64,000 nucleotides of DNA from an uncultured Colwellia sp. (GCA_913058145.1 CAJXQM010000013.1:6807-70806), one strand, 5' to 3'. Shown: positions 44,393-54,925, counted from the stretch's first letter. Notes: generated by a model not told the origin, from the letters alone. Translations and numbers: made by a program.

Positions 44393-45433
44393 ATGTCAAT
44401 CCCAGTAAAATCGCCACATTTATCGAACCCTATAGATCACCGCCTTTCTGTAGCTCCAATGCTCGATTGGACTGATCGTCACTGTCGATATTTCTATCGT
44501 GCACTGTCAGTGCATACGGTGCTTTATACAGAAATGGTCACCACGGGCGCTATATTGCACGGTAAAGGAGATTATCTTTCTTATAACAATGCTGAACATC
44601 CGTTAGTTTTACAGTTGGGCGGTAGTGATGTCAAAGCGATGACTGAGTGCGCCAAAATTGCCGAGCAGTATGGCTATGATGAAATTAACATTAACGTTGG
44701 TTGTCCGTCAGATAGGGTACAAAATGGTCGTTTTGGCGCATGTTTGATGGCTGAACCTAGCTTAGTGGCCGATTGTGTTAATGAGATGCAAGCAGCCACT
44801 AAAGTGCCTGTGACAGTAAAATCTCGTATTGGTATTGATGACTTAGATAGTTATGCGTTTTTACACACGTTTATTGAGCAAGTGGCACAAGCGGGTTGTC
44901 AGCATTTTATTATTCATGCACGTAAAGCTTGGCTTAGTGGTTTGAGCCCTAAGCAAAACCGTGATATTCCACCACTTGATTACCCGCGTGTATATCAAAT
45001 AAAACAAGATTTTCCTGCGTTAGCAATATCTATCAATGGCGGTATTAAAACGTTTGCAGAGACTAATAATCACTTACAATACCTTGATGGTGTGATGATA
45101 GGTCGTGAAATCTATAATAGTCCTTATTTATTGGCCGAAGCGGATCAACAAATTTATGGTGTTGAAAAAGAGGTCATTTCTCGACAGCAGGTCATTAATT
45201 TAATGGCTGATTATGTTGATGCTTATGTCAGTTCAACACTTGAACAGGGTAATGCCTACCGTAATCCTCGAGCTTGGCACGTATTACGGCACATGTTAGG
45301 TCTGTGTAATGGTTTAGCGGGTGCGCGTCAATTTCGTCGGTATTTGAGTGAATCGGCCAGAGAAGACGATGCTAATGGTAGTACCTTAAAAGAAGCTTTT
45401 GCTAAAGTGACAGCGCTTAATGAACAAACTTAA
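44393..45433 (+). CDS. dusA: tRNA-dihydrouridine(20/20a) synthase
   Basis: SVAPMLDWTDRHCRYF, NINVGCPSDRVQNGRFGACLM, HARKAWLSGLSPKQNR. Confidence 0.98.
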   Translation: MSIPVKSPHLSNPIDHRLSVAPMLDWTDRHCRYFYRALSVHTVLYTEMVTTGAILHGKGDYLSYNNAEHPLVLQLGGSDVKAMTECAKIAEQYGYDEININVGCPSDRVQNGRFGACLMAEPSLVADCVNEMQAATKVPVTVKSRIGIDDLDSYAFLHTFIEQVAQAGCQHFIIHARKAWLSGLSPKQNRDIPPLDYPRVYQIKQDFPALAISINGGIKTFAETNNHLQYLDGVMIGREIYNSPYLLAEADQQIYGVEKEVISRQQVINLMADYVDAYVSSTLEQGNAYRNPRAWHVLRHMLGLCNGLAGARQFRRYLSESAREDDANGSTLKEAFAKVTALNEQT

Positions 45434-45722
45434 ATAAACAAGATTGGTTTAGGGGATATTTACTGGCTTTTTTGAACAGATTTAAATATTTATATTACGC
45501 AGTTTTTTAATCTGTTCAACAAAAAAGTAAAAACTCAAAAAAGACATCGTTCCGTTTCAATTATACCTCGCCATATTCTTTGTAAGCCCTACAGCTTTTA
45601 AACCTCTACAACTGATTTAACTTTACCCTCTGCTTTTTAAATAATTTGAATATGGTGCTTTTGCGCCATAACAAACATTAAACAGTAGGATCGTTCGATC
45701 ATTATTTTTACTAATTTTATGG

Positions 45723-45762
45723 AGTGGTCAATTTTACGAATGGAGTGGTTAATTTAACTACT
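45723..45762. promoter_or_regulatory. Two tandem enhancer (UAS) sites, PspF-like
   Basis: AGTGGTCAATTTTACGAAT (45723-45741) and near-palindromic AGTGGTTAATTTAACTACT (45744-45762), 21-bp period, about 95 bp upstream of a sigma54 promoter. Confidence 0.65.
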
Positions 45763-45854
45763 TTTTCGTATGGCATATTATGTCTTTTAGCTTGCTGATC
45801 CTTATTGAATTTAATTTTATCTTTATAATCAGTGTTATGAAAAATATTTGGTAG

Positions 45855-45871
45855 TTGGCATAACACTTGTA
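45855..45871 (+). promoter_or_regulatory. Sigma54 (-24/-12) promoter
   Basis: TTGGCA-TAACAC-TTGTA has exact -24/-12 spacing; as recalled, the E. coli pspA promoter also has GT in place of GC at -12. Confidence 0.75.
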
Positions 45872-45958
45872 ATAGTTAAATCATAAAGGATAACAACATA
45901 AATGTTGTTAGTGATTTTAACAAATTGATTCAACCAGTTAATAAGAAGGAATTTTAAA

Positions 45959-46300
45959 ATGAATACTTTAAACCGTACAAATATCAGTGTTGCTTTACTA
46001 CTTACTATCAGTGCCTTTTTTAGTCTTAATACCTATGCAGCCCAAACTACTAACATTGAAAGCTCAATTAGTGAATTAGTAATAGCCCAAGGAAAGCAGA
46101 TGATGAATGAATTAAGCGAGCAATTGCAAAAATCGATCACTGAAGAAATAAATAGTTTCACTATCGACTTTTCTTTTGAGGAATCACTTACTAACTCTTT
46201 AGCTTGGATAAAAGGTGAAGAAAACACATTAACGGGTACCGAAAGTGAAAATAGCAAAGTAGTAAATAAACAATCAAAAATTACCAATAAATCATTGTAA
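45959..46300 (+). CDS. Small exported hypothetical protein, first gene of the psp-like operon
   Basis: 113 aa; signal peptide ending TYA-A; amphipathic helical core; AGGA ribosome-binding site. Confidence 0.8.
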   Translation: MNTLNRTNISVALLLTISAFFSLNTYAAQTTNIESSISELVIAQGKQMMNELSEQLQKSITEEINSFTIDFSFEESLTNSLAWIKGEENTLTGTESENSKVVNKQSKITNKSL

Positions 46301-46384
46301 TACCCGTTTCATTAATCAGGTGATTTTGACAAGTAGATATAATCAGCTAGTTAGTGAGCTTGGTATAAATATAGGAGAGAAGTT

Positions 46385-47059
46385 ATGGGATTATTTACAC
46401 GTTTCACTGATATTGTTAATGCTAATATAAATAGCATGCTTGATAAAGCAGAACAACCCGAGAAAATGATCCGCCTGATCATTCAAGAAATGGAAGAGAC
46501 CTTGGTGGAGGTAAGGGCAACGGCGGCAAAAAATATTGCAGAGCAAAAATCTCATACTCGTCGAGTCAACTCTGCAAAGGAAAACATCAATCATTGGCAT
46601 ACTAGAGCCGAGTTAGCGGTAACTAAAAATAAGGAAGATCTTGCTAAGTCAGCGCTAACACAAAAACATAAATATCAAGGTGAATTAGCATTACTAGAAA
46701 AAGAAAATGAGCAGTTAACTGAATTTTTAACCCAAGTACAAGATGACGCATCGCGTTTACAAGAGAAGTTAGCAGAAGCCAAGCGTCGTCAAGCAGCGAT
46801 TACGCTTCGCAAAGAGTCTGCTCAAGTACGATTAAGGGTACGTAAACAAGCTGCTATTTATAATATTGAAGAAGCGATGAGTAAGTTTGAGCGTTATCAA
46901 CAGAAAGTCGACAGAGTTGAAGCGCAAGTTGAAGCTTATGATCTAATCCAATATACGGAAAAAAATCCGAGTTTATCCGCACAATTCTCAGCATTAGAAA
47001 AAAATGAAACGATAGAGCAAGAATTGGCTGAAATGAAGAAAAACACAGTGGCGGCATAG
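46385..47059 (+). CDS. pspA: Phage shock protein A family
   Basis: MGLFTRFTDIVNANINSMLDKAEQPEKMIRLIIQEMEETLVE; long coiled coil; GGAG ribosome-binding site. Confidence 0.95.
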   Translation: MGLFTRFTDIVNANINSMLDKAEQPEKMIRLIIQEMEETLVEVRATAAKNIAEQKSHTRRVNSAKENINHWHTRAELAVTKNKEDLAKSALTQKHKYQGELALLEKENEQLTEFLTQVQDDASRLQEKLAEAKRRQAAITLRKESAQVRLRVRKQAAIYNIEEAMSKFERYQQKVDRVEAQVEAYDLIQYTEKNPSLSAQFSALEKNETIEQELAEMKKNTVAA

Positions 47060-47099
47060 TTATTATAATATTGTTAATTACATTATAGGTAATTACACA

Positions 47100-47132
47100 A
47101 TGCTAAACAGTCTTGAATGCGCTGTTTAGCAT
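47100..47132. other. Intercistronic stem-loop between pspA and pspC
   Basis: ATGCTAAACAG pairs perfectly with CTGTTTAGCAT; 11-bp stem, 11-nt loop. Confidence 0.75.
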
Positions 47133-47162
47133 CATAGAGTAAAGTGAATACGGAATAAAATC

Positions 47163-47393
47163 ATGAGATATGAACAAGAGTATTCATCAAGTCAAAACGT
47201 TAACAAAAGGTTAGTTAAGGATGGTTTTCATAAAAAATTAACAGGGGTTTGCGCTGGAGTTGCTAAGTATTACGATTATCCGCGAATCGTCGTTAGAGTT
47301 GCTGCTATTGCCGTCTTGATTATGTTACCTGTTGCAACGGGGGTGGCTTATGTTGTGGCTAGTGTGTTACTACCAGAAAATAAATATCAGTAA
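47163..47393 (+). CDS. pspC: Short PspC-domain protein
   Basis: LVKD..HKKLTGVCAGVAKYY PspC signature then one TM segment ending AYVVASVLLP; 76 aa. Confidence 0.88.
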   Translation: MRYEQEYSSSQNVNKRLVKDGFHKKLTGVCAGVAKYYDYPRIVVRVAAIAVLIMLPVATGVAYVVASVLLPENKYQ

Positions 47394-47435
47394 TCAGTAC
47401 AAATCCACCAACCCTAGTTGTTAAGAGAGGAACAG

Positions 47436-47789
47436 ATGACATTTTTCAAATCATTATTGTTAGCCATTAGTGCTACTTTATTTTTAACCTACGCTTTAGG
47501 TGTTAGTTTTTTAGAATTACTCGATATTAATGTTTATATGGATGGTGAATTAATTGAACCTTTAAAAGCGATAGGCGTGTCAGCCGTAGCAACTGTTATT
47601 TTAGTCTTAATTGCCTTAGCAATAGTTTTAAGTGTCTTTGGCTCGTTTATTTTTATTGGCCTACTCATCATGGGCTCGGTAGCGATGGTGGCCATTGGCG
47701 TGTTTTGGCCAGTACTGTTAGCTGCAGTTGCGATTTGGTTGGTGACGCGCAATAAGCCTAGTACCAAAAAAGAAACGCAATACAGTTAG
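47436..47789 (+). CDS. Multi-pass membrane protein, PspG-like C-terminal half
   Basis: GAGG ribosome-binding site before ATG 47436; very hydrophobic; FWPVLLAAVAIWLV followed by a basic tail. Confidence 0.8.
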   Translation: MTFFKSLLLAISATLFLTYALGVSFLELLDINVYMDGELIEPLKAIGVSAVATVILVLIALAIVLSVFGSFIFIGLLIMGSVAMVAIGVFWPVLLAAVAIWLVTRNKPSTKKETQYS

Positions 47790-47903
47790 TGGTAATAATT
47801 AAAGGTGAAATTTTAAGCCCGTCTTTTGGGAGCTCAGTAGTGCTAAATTGAGCAATTTATTATTTCAATTGGTCTTAATCTTTAGTGATATTTGACGTGT
47901 TGC

Positions 47904-48644
47904 TTATTTTTTAAAAAACATCGACATAATATTTTTGCAAGTATCAGTCTTAACTAAACGAGCAAATTCATTACCTTCACTTTCTATTACTTGAGATAAT
48001 GATAATTGTGTCGCTTGACGAATAAGTTTTCTACTGGTCATCACGGCATCACTAGGTAAAGCAGCAATGGTCATAGCCGTTTTTTCCGCTATACTTAATA
48101 ACTCATTAGGTTGGCAAACTTGATTAGCTATGCCATATTCTCTAGCTTGTTCAGCACTAAACGTATCACCTAATATCATTAATTCAAAGGCACGGTTTTG
48201 GCCAATAAGTCTTGTTAATAATAAACTTGAGCCACCTTCAGGACATAACCCTAGCTGAGTGAAAGGTAATTTAAATTTTGTATTGTTGGCAGCAATCACC
48301 ATGTCACAATGTAATAATAACGTGGTGCCAATACCAACAGCAGGTCCAGCAACTGCCGCGACGATGGGTTTGTTAAAGGCATTTAATATTTTTAGAAAAT
48401 CAAGCGCGGCAAGAGAGTCATTTTCTGAGCACTGAATAAAGTCTTGTAAATCATTGCCGGCGCAAAAACAGGTTTCATCACCGTGAATTAATACACAGTG
48501 TATATTATCATTACTTTTAGCGTAGTTAAAATGCTGACCAAGCTGCTTATACATCATATTATTTAACGCATTTTTTTTATCAACACGATTTAAAATAATA
48601 GTAAAAACACCCTGATTTTCTTTCGTTATAATTAAGTCAGTCAT
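47904..48644 (-). CDS. Enoyl-CoA hydratase/isomerase family protein
   Basis: FCAGNDL, KPIVAAVAGPAVGIG, PFTQLGLCPEGGSS. Confidence 0.93.
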   Translation of the reverse strand: MTDLIITKENQGVFTIILNRVDKKNALNNMMYKQLGQHFNYAKSNDNIHCVLIHGDETCFCAGNDLQDFIQCSENDSLAALDFLKILNAFNKPIVAAVAGPAVGIGTTLLLHCDMVIAANNTKFKLPFTQLGLCPEGGSSLLLTRLIGQNRAFELMILGDTFSAEQAREYGIANQVCQPNELLSIAEKTAMTIAALPSDAVMTSRKLIRQATQLSLSQVIESEGNEFARLVKTDTCKNIMSMFFKK

Positions 48645-48709
48645 TTTGTTACTTTATGAAGAATGATAAGGTAACTTTAAAGGTTCTTAAAATGGAAGTA
48701 TAGCCACAG

Positions 48710-49225
48710 ATGAAAAACAGTTATTTATTATTACTATTTTGTACTTGTTCATTTTTCGGGGTTGCCAATGAAGTATCAACTGAAAAAACGGGATTAGGGC
48801 AAAAATCATTGATTTCAGTTGAGCAGGCTTATATCCGCAGTTCAATACCAGGAACCACTATTACTTCCTCGTATATGATAATAGAAAATAAAGGCGAAAA
48901 AACAGTGACTTTACTGGAAGCTAGCAGTAAAATTTCACCGCGTATTGAAATTCATCAACATAGCATGTCTGATGGTATGATGCGTATGCGTCAGCTAGAC
49001 TCAATTGAGATCAAAGCTAGGCAACGCATTGTTTTGCAGCCATCAGGTTTACATTTAATGTTATTTGATGTTAAAAACCCCCTAAAAGCACAGCAAAATG
49101 TTGAACTTACCCTAAGTTTTTCTCATAATCCATCGGTAACAATTCAGGTGCCTGTTTTTAGCCCTTTGCAGGAAAAAAGAGCACAGGAAGCTGATTCAAC
49201 TGCACAGCCAGCGCATCATCATTAA
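48710..49225 (+). CDS. Periplasmic copper chaperone PCu(A)C
   Basis: Signal peptide; EIHQHSMSDGMMRM..GLHLML metal motif; His-rich tail. Confidence 0.92.
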   Translation: MKNSYLLLLFCTCSFFGVANEVSTEKTGLGQKSLISVEQAYIRSSIPGTTITSSYMIIENKGEKTVTLLEASSKISPRIEIHQHSMSDGMMRMRQLDSIEIKARQRIVLQPSGLHLMLFDVKNPLKAQQNVELTLSFSHNPSVTIQVPVFSPLQEKRAQEADSTAQPAHHH

Positions 49226-49245
49226 GGTATTATTAGGAGTAAAAA

Positions 49246-50247
49246 ATGAAAATGAATTTCTCAGCTAAAACCCTTGGCTTTACAGTGACTGGTATTTTTA
49301 TACTTTTTTATGTTGTTGGTGTTTATTGGAGTTTTAATGTTGAACCTATTGATGTTCAACACGAAATAACTATTGCAGCAACAGCCGATAATGTAGCACC
49401 GGTTGTGGGGTATGCTACTACCACCATGTTAATTAAAGTAGCATCAAGTATTCTAGACAAACCTGGCGGCTATATATCTAATGATGCTCTACCTCCTGGT
49501 GTTATTTTAGACAACATGCCCGCGTGGGAATTTGGTGTGTTACAAATGGTGCGTGATATGGCATTAGTTTTACGTAAAGACTTTAGTCGCTCTCAATCAC
49601 AATCATTAGAAAACAAACACATAACAAAGGCACAACCTAAGTTTAATATTGATAATAAAAGTTGGGCAATGCCAAGTGCTGAATCTGAGTATAGAAAAGC
49701 TATTGATAGTTTGTACAGCTACAGAAATGCATTAGTCGGTATTAGTACGGCTAAAAATGATACCGCACAGTTTTATGCCCGTGCTGATAATTTAACGTCA
49801 TATTTTGATGAAGTACAAAAACGTTTGGGAAGTTATTCACAACGCTTAAGTGCAAGTGTTGGTACAGATAAGATAAATACTGACTTAGCCGGTGATAGCG
49901 AGGCTAAACAATCTTCTTCTGAAGCGTCTCATGCACAGTTAAGAACCAGTTGGTGGAAACTTGATGATGTTTTTCATGAATCACGTGGCGCAGCATGGGC
50001 CTTATTATACTTCTTAAAAGCTATTGAAATTGATTTTGATAGTGTCTTAGAAAAGAAAAATGCGAAGATCAGCTTACAACAAATAATTCGTGAATTAGAA
50101 TCCAGCCAGCAAACATTATGGAGTCCTATGGTTCTAAATGGCGATGGTTTTGGTGTGTTAGCTAATCACTCTTTAGTTATGGCTAATTACATTTCACGCG
50201 CCAATGCCGCATTAATTGATTTAAATGAACTACTAAGAAAAGGGTAA
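49246..50247 (+). CDS. DUF2333 family protein
   Basis: N-terminal anchor; KPGGYISND, LDNMPAWEFG, FSRSQSQS, ANHSLVMANYISRANAA. Confidence 0.85.
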   Translation: MKMNFSAKTLGFTVTGIFILFYVVGVYWSFNVEPIDVQHEITIAATADNVAPVVGYATTTMLIKVASSILDKPGGYISNDALPPGVILDNMPAWEFGVLQMVRDMALVLRKDFSRSQSQSLENKHITKAQPKFNIDNKSWAMPSAESEYRKAIDSLYSYRNALVGISTAKNDTAQFYARADNLTSYFDEVQKRLGSYSQRLSASVGTDKINTDLAGDSEAKQSSSEASHAQLRTSWWKLDDVFHESRGAAWALLYFLKAIEIDFDSVLEKKNAKISLQQIIRELESSQQTLWSPMVLNGDGFGVLANHSLVMANYISRANAALIDLNELLRKG

Positions 50248-50252
50248 TAATA

Positions 50253-51020
50253 ATGAAAAAAACAATCATAGCAGCGGGTATAGCAACACTGTTAACCGCA
50301 AGTGTTCAAGCCGACACACTGTTAGGGCTTTATATTGGTGGGCACATGTGGGCCAACCAAGCGGATGGTTCTTTTGGTGAAGGGCAAGGAATTGATAATC
50401 AAGCTCAATTTGATTTTGATGACGAAAGTCAAGGCAGTTTTTTTGTGGCGCTTGAACATCCAATTCCGCTAATTCCTAATATTAAAATTGCGTCAACAAC
50501 GTTAGATACGTCGGGTAATGCCACTATTTCTAGCAGTTTTACCTTTGAAGGCGAAACTTATAATGCAAATTCTATATTAGATACAACCTTTGATCTCAGT
50601 TATGTTGATTATACTTTTTATTATGAGTTGTTGGATAACGACTTGTTAACGTTTGATGTGGGTATTACCGCGCGTGATCTTGATAGCCAAATTAATGTTG
50701 TTGGTGATATTAGTGGCACAGAAACAAGCAGTGATCTTTCAGTATCCGGTATTATCCCTTTAGTTTATGTTAATACTATTATTGGTTTACCTTTTACTGG
50801 TTTTAATGTTTTTGCTGAAGCAAATTTTTTATCCTTGGATGACAGTACTTTATATGACTATCAAATAGGTGTTAGTTATGAATTAGTTGATAACCTAGCA
50901 GTCGATTTAGATTTAACCTTAGGCTATCGTGCTGTTAAATTAGAATTAAATGATATTGATGATTTATATTCAGATTTAACTTTTAATGGCGTATTTGCTG
51001 GTGCAATAGTACATTTTTAA
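50253..51020 (+). CDS. TIGR04219-type outer-membrane beta-barrel protein
   Basis: Signal peptide; ALEHPIPLIPNIK; alternating beta pattern; terminal Phe. Confidence 0.85.
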   Translation: MKKTIIAAGIATLLTASVQADTLLGLYIGGHMWANQADGSFGEGQGIDNQAQFDFDDESQGSFFVALEHPIPLIPNIKIASTTLDTSGNATISSSFTFEGETYNANSILDTTFDLSYVDYTFYYELLDNDLLTFDVGITARDLDSQINVVGDISGTETSSDLSVSGIIPLVYVNTIIGLPFTGFNVFAEANFLSLDDSTLYDYQIGVSYELVDNLAVDLDLTLGYRAVKLELNDIDDLYSDLTFNGVFAGAIVHF

Positions 51021-51039
51021 ATAAATAGCTAAAACGTTT

Positions 51040-51077
51040 AAAAATCTCTGATAGGCTAAATACCGTCAGAGATTTTT
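51040..51077. terminator. Intrinsic terminator after the beta-barrel gene
   Basis: AAAAATCTCTGA pairs with TCAGAGATTTTT. Confidence 0.8.
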
Positions 51078-51341
51078 TACTTATATAAATAGTTTACATT
51101 TCAATAGCTATTGGATGGCGCTGATATAAAATATCAACGGGTTCAACATAGACTTGGGTTTATGTAAAAGGGAAATGCTTGAATATCTTATACGCCACAT
51201 TCTTTAGCATTATAAGTGCCAACCGCTAATCGACACTCTTTACATATAACTTTTTGATATAAAAAATCGCTATCTATTCCTTTTGGTTTTGCATGTTCTT
51301 GTTTATCCTTCACCTATAAATCGTTAGAGGTAAATATTCTC

Positions 51342-53186
51342 ATGCCACAACAGCTATCTTTACAGCAAAACTTAAACACCGCTTCAAGCGCACTTGATGC
51401 GAATCAGCTTGCATTGCTTCATCAAGCCACCTCAAGCTACTCCTCATTACAACTTGCATGGGCAAGTGGTTATCTTGCGGCAAAAAGCGAATCCGGACAA
51501 ATGGCTAATTTATTACCCGTGGCAGCCCCTGTAACAGCTAAAACATTAACTATTTTATATGCATCACAAACGGGTAATGCGAAGGGGGTTGCTAAGCAAG
51601 TGGAGCTAAATGCTAGTGCTGCTGGAATAAGTGTTAAGTTAAAAAACATTAGTGATTACAAAGCTAAATCGTTAAAAAGCGAAACGCATGTATTAATTAT
51701 TGCCAGTACCAATGGTGAAGGCGAGGCGCCAGATGACGCGATTGAATTTCATGAATTTTTACTGGGTAAAAAAGCGCCTAAATTACCCAACTTAAATTAT
51801 AGCGTACTTGCGCTAGGCGACAGTAGCTATGAATTTTTCTGTCAAACAGGTAAAGATTTTGACGAACGTTTACAAGCGTTAGGGGCTAAACAAGTTGCTC
51901 CTCGTGTTGATTGTGATGTTGATTATGACAGCGACAGTGAAAGCTGGACGTTAAGTATTGTTGAAAGCTTAAAAGATGAGCTGACACAAAAAGAAGCGGG
52001 TATTGCTTCTGTTACTTCATTAGGCAATGTTGAATTAGTAACAGCCGGTGCAGAAAGTGTTTACAGTAAGCAAAACCCACTGAATGCTGAATTCATTGTA
52101 AGCCAAAAAATTACTGGCCGTGATTCTGCTAAAGACGTACGACATATTGAAATTGACTTAGGTGAATCAGGCTTAACCTACCAAGTCGGTGATGCTTTAG
52201 GGGTTTACTTTGAAAATGATAGTGCGTTAGTTAGCGAGTTGTTAACCGCGCTAAACTTTACCGGTGATGAGCAAGTTAATTTAAAGCTTAATGGTGAGCA
52301 ACAAAGCTTAACGATAAAAGATGCCTTAAGCCGTGACTTAGAGATCACTCAAACAGCGCCGGCTTTTATTGAATTTTGGGCAAATCAAAGTGGTGATGAA
52401 AAATTATTAGCCATTGCGACAGATAAAAATAGCGCAAGAGAGTTTGCCGGTAATCATCAAATTATTGATGTTGTTACCTTAGCTGCTGCCACTGAGTTAT
52501 CGGCTCAAACTTTTGTTGATGCGTTACGTAAAATTACGCCGCGCTTATATTCGATTGCATCTGCTCAAGCTGAAGTAGAAGAAGAAGTACATTTAACAGT
52601 TGGTTTAGTTAGTTATGAATATAACAATAAAACACGTTTTGGCGGTGCTTCACATTACCTAGCGCAAGGTCTTGATGAAAGTCAGTCAGTGCGTGTTTTT
52701 GTTGAACACAATGATAATTTTCGCTTGCCTAGCGACAGTAATACGCCTGTTATTATGGTTGGTCCAGGTACGGGTGTTGCGCCATTTAGAGCTTTTATGC
52801 AACAGCGTGAAGCCGATGAAGCGAGTGGTGATAACTGGATGTTCTTTGGTGATCAAACGTTTACACAAGACTTCTTGTACCAAGTTGAATGGCAGAATTA
52901 TCTTAAATCGGGTTTGTTAACGCGTATGGATGTTGCTTTTTCTCGTGACCAAGCAGAAAAAGTTTACGTACAAGACCGATTAAAAGAAAACGCGAGTGAG
53001 GTTTTTGCTTGGCTTGAGCGTGGCGCACATATATATATTTGTGGCGATGCTAACCGTATGGCAAAAGATGTTCATCAAACCTTGGTTGATATCATTGCAG
53101 AGCACGGAAAATTAAGTACAGAGCAAGCAGAAGACTATTTAAAATCACTTAGATCCAATAAGCGTTACCAGAAGGATGTTTACTAA
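51342..53186 (+). CDS. cysJ: Sulfite reductase flavoprotein subunit
   Basis: [16 protein letters not shown] flavodoxin motif, [29 protein letters not shown]. Confidence 0.98.
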   Translation: MPQQLSLQQNLNTASSALDANQLALLHQATSSYSSLQLAWASGYLAAKSESGQMANLLPVAAPVTAKTLTILYASQTGNAKGVAKQVELNASAAGISVKLKNISDYKAKSLKSETHVLIIASTNGEGEAPDDAIEFHEFLLGKKAPKLPNLNYSVLALGDSSYEFFCQTGKDFDERLQALGAKQVAPRVDCDVDYDSDSESWTLSIVESLKDELTQKEAGIASVTSLGNVELVTAGAESVYSKQNPLNAEFIVSQKITGRDSAKDVRHIEIDLGESGLTYQVGDALGVYFENDSALVSELLTALNFTGDEQVNLKLNGEQQSLTIKDALSRDLEITQTAPAFIEFWANQSGDEKLLAIATDKNSAREFAGNHQIIDVVTLAAATELSAQTFVDALRKITPRLYSIASAQAEVEEEVHLTVGLVSYEYNNKTRFGGASHYLAQGLDESQSVRVFVEHNDNFRLPSDSNTPVIMVGPGTGVAPFRAFMQQREADEASGDNWMFFGDQTFTQDFLYQVEWQNYLKSGLLTRMDVAFSRDQAEKVYVQDRLKENASEVFAWLERGAHIYICGDANRMAKDVHQTLVDIIAEHGKLSTEQAEDYLKSLRSNKRYQKDVY

Positions 53187-54925
53187 TGAGCAACAATTTT
53201 ATTAAAGTTGAAAACCCTGTATTGATTGTTGAAGGTAAGCAAGCTGACAACGAACGCTTAAAAGCGGAAAGTGATTACCTACGCGGTACGATTGTCGAAG
53301 ATCTTCAAGATCGAATGACGGGTGGTTTTACGAGTGATAACTTTCAGTTAATTCGTACTCATGGCATGTATCAGCAAGACGATCGTGATATACGTGGTGA
53401 ACGTCAAAAGCAAAAACTAGAACCTTTACATAATGTTATGTTAAGAGCCCGTTTGCCTGGTGGCGTGATTACGCCTACACAGTGGTTAGGAATTGACAAG
53501 TTTGCGGATGACTATACCTCGTATGGCAGCATTCGTTTAACAACCCGTCAAACCTTTCAATTTCATGGTGTATTGAAACCAGATATTAAGTTAATGCATC
53601 AAACGTTGAATAGTATAGGGCTTGATTCTATCGCTACAGCGGGTGATGTAAACCGTAATGTGCTATGTACTTCAAACCCAGTTGAATCAGAGCTGCATCA
53701 AGAAGCATATCAATGGGCGGTAAAAATTAGTGAACATTTATTACCTAAAACACGTGCTTACGCTGAAATTTGGTTAGATGAAGAGAAGGTAGAAACTACA
53801 GAAGATGAAGTAGTTGAGCCTATATTAGGTAGTAATTATTTACCGCGTAAATTCAAAACAACGGTAGTGATACCGCCTAATAATGACATTGATTTACATG
53901 CGAATGATTTAAACTTTGTTGCGATTAGCGATAATGGCAAGTTAATTGGTTTTAATGTGCTTGTTGGTGGTGGTTTAGCTATGACACACGGTGATAAGGC
54001 AACTTATCCTCGTTGTGCAGATGACTTTGGCTTTATCGCGCTTGAGCATACTTTAGCGGTGGCTGAAGCGGTAGTGACTACGCAACGTGACTGGGGCAAC
54101 CGAGTTAACCGTAAAAATGCCAAAACTAAATACACCTTAGACCGAGTCGGTGTTGATACTTTTAAAGCGGAAGTTGAGCATAGAGCGGGCATCGAATTTG
54201 GTGATTCTCGTTCATATAAATTTACTCATCGTGGTGACAGCTTTGGTTGGGTTTCGGGTATTGATGGTAAGCATCATTTAACGTTATTTATTGAAAACGG
54301 ACGTATTTTAGATTACCCAAGTAAATCATTAAAAACAGGTATGGCTAAGATAGCAGCCACTCATCAAGGTGATTTCCGTTTAACGGCTAACCAAAATATT
54401 ATCATTGCTGGTGTTGCTGAAGCGGATAAAGCGGCTATTGAACAGCTTGCACGTGAACATGGTTTGTTAAATGACACTACGTCAAATCAACGTAAAAGTT
54501 CAATGGCTTGTGTCGCTTTTCCTACTTGTCCATTGGCGATGGCAGAAGCCGAACGTTATTTACCTAAATTAGTTGATGATGTTGAAACTATTCTAACTAA
54601 AAACAATCTAGCGGATGAAAGTATTATTCTTCGTGTGACAGGTTGTCCTAATGGTTGTGGTCGCGCCATGCTTGCTGAAATTGGTTTAGTCGGTAAAGGC
54701 CCAGGTAAATACAATATGTATTTAGGTAGTGATTTAGCCGGCTCGCGAGTGCCGAAGCTTTATAAAGAAAATGTTGATGAAGCTGGCGTATTAACTGAAA
54801 TCGATGCGTTGACAGCTCGTTGGTCAACAGAGCGAATTAACGCGGAAGCATTTGGTGACTTTGTTGTGCGTGCCGGTATTGTTGATCAAGTTAACATAAG
54901 TGTTAGGGATTTTCATGATGACTAA
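53186..54925 (+). CDS. cysI: Sulfite reductase hemoprotein subunit
   Basis: [31 protein letters not shown]. Confidence 0.98.
   Translation: MSNNFIKVENPVLIVEGKQADNERLKAESDYLRGTIVEDLQDRMTGGFTSDNFQLIRTHGMYQQDDRDIRGERQKQKLEPLHNVMLRARLPGGVITPTQWLGIDKFADDYTSYGSIRLTTRQTFQFHGVLKPDIKLMHQTLNSIGLDSIATAGDVNRNVLCTSNPVESELHQEAYQWAVKISEHLLPKTRAYAEIWLDEEKVETTEDEVVEPILGSNYLPRKFKTTVVIPPNNDIDLHANDLNFVAISDNGKLIGFNVLVGGGLAMTHGDKATYPRCADDFGFIALEHTLAVAEAVVTTQRDWGNRVNRKNAKTKYTLDRVGVDTFKAEVEHRAGIEFGDSRSYKFTHRGDSFGWVSGIDGKHHLTLFIENGRILDYPSKSLKTGMAKIAATHQGDFRLTANQNIIIAGVAEADKAAIEQLAREHGLLNDTTSNQRKSSMACVAFPTCPLAMAEAERYLPKLVDDVETILTKNNLADESIILRVTGCPNGCGRAMLAEIGLVGKGPGKYNMYLGSDLAGSRVPKLYKENVDEAGVLTEIDALTARWSTERINAEAFGDFVVRAGIVDQVNISVRDFHDD

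Noticed and set aside
51080-51341. CysB binding site upstream of cysJ
   Set aside because: Expected by analogy, but the LysR-type consensus is too degenerate to call by eye
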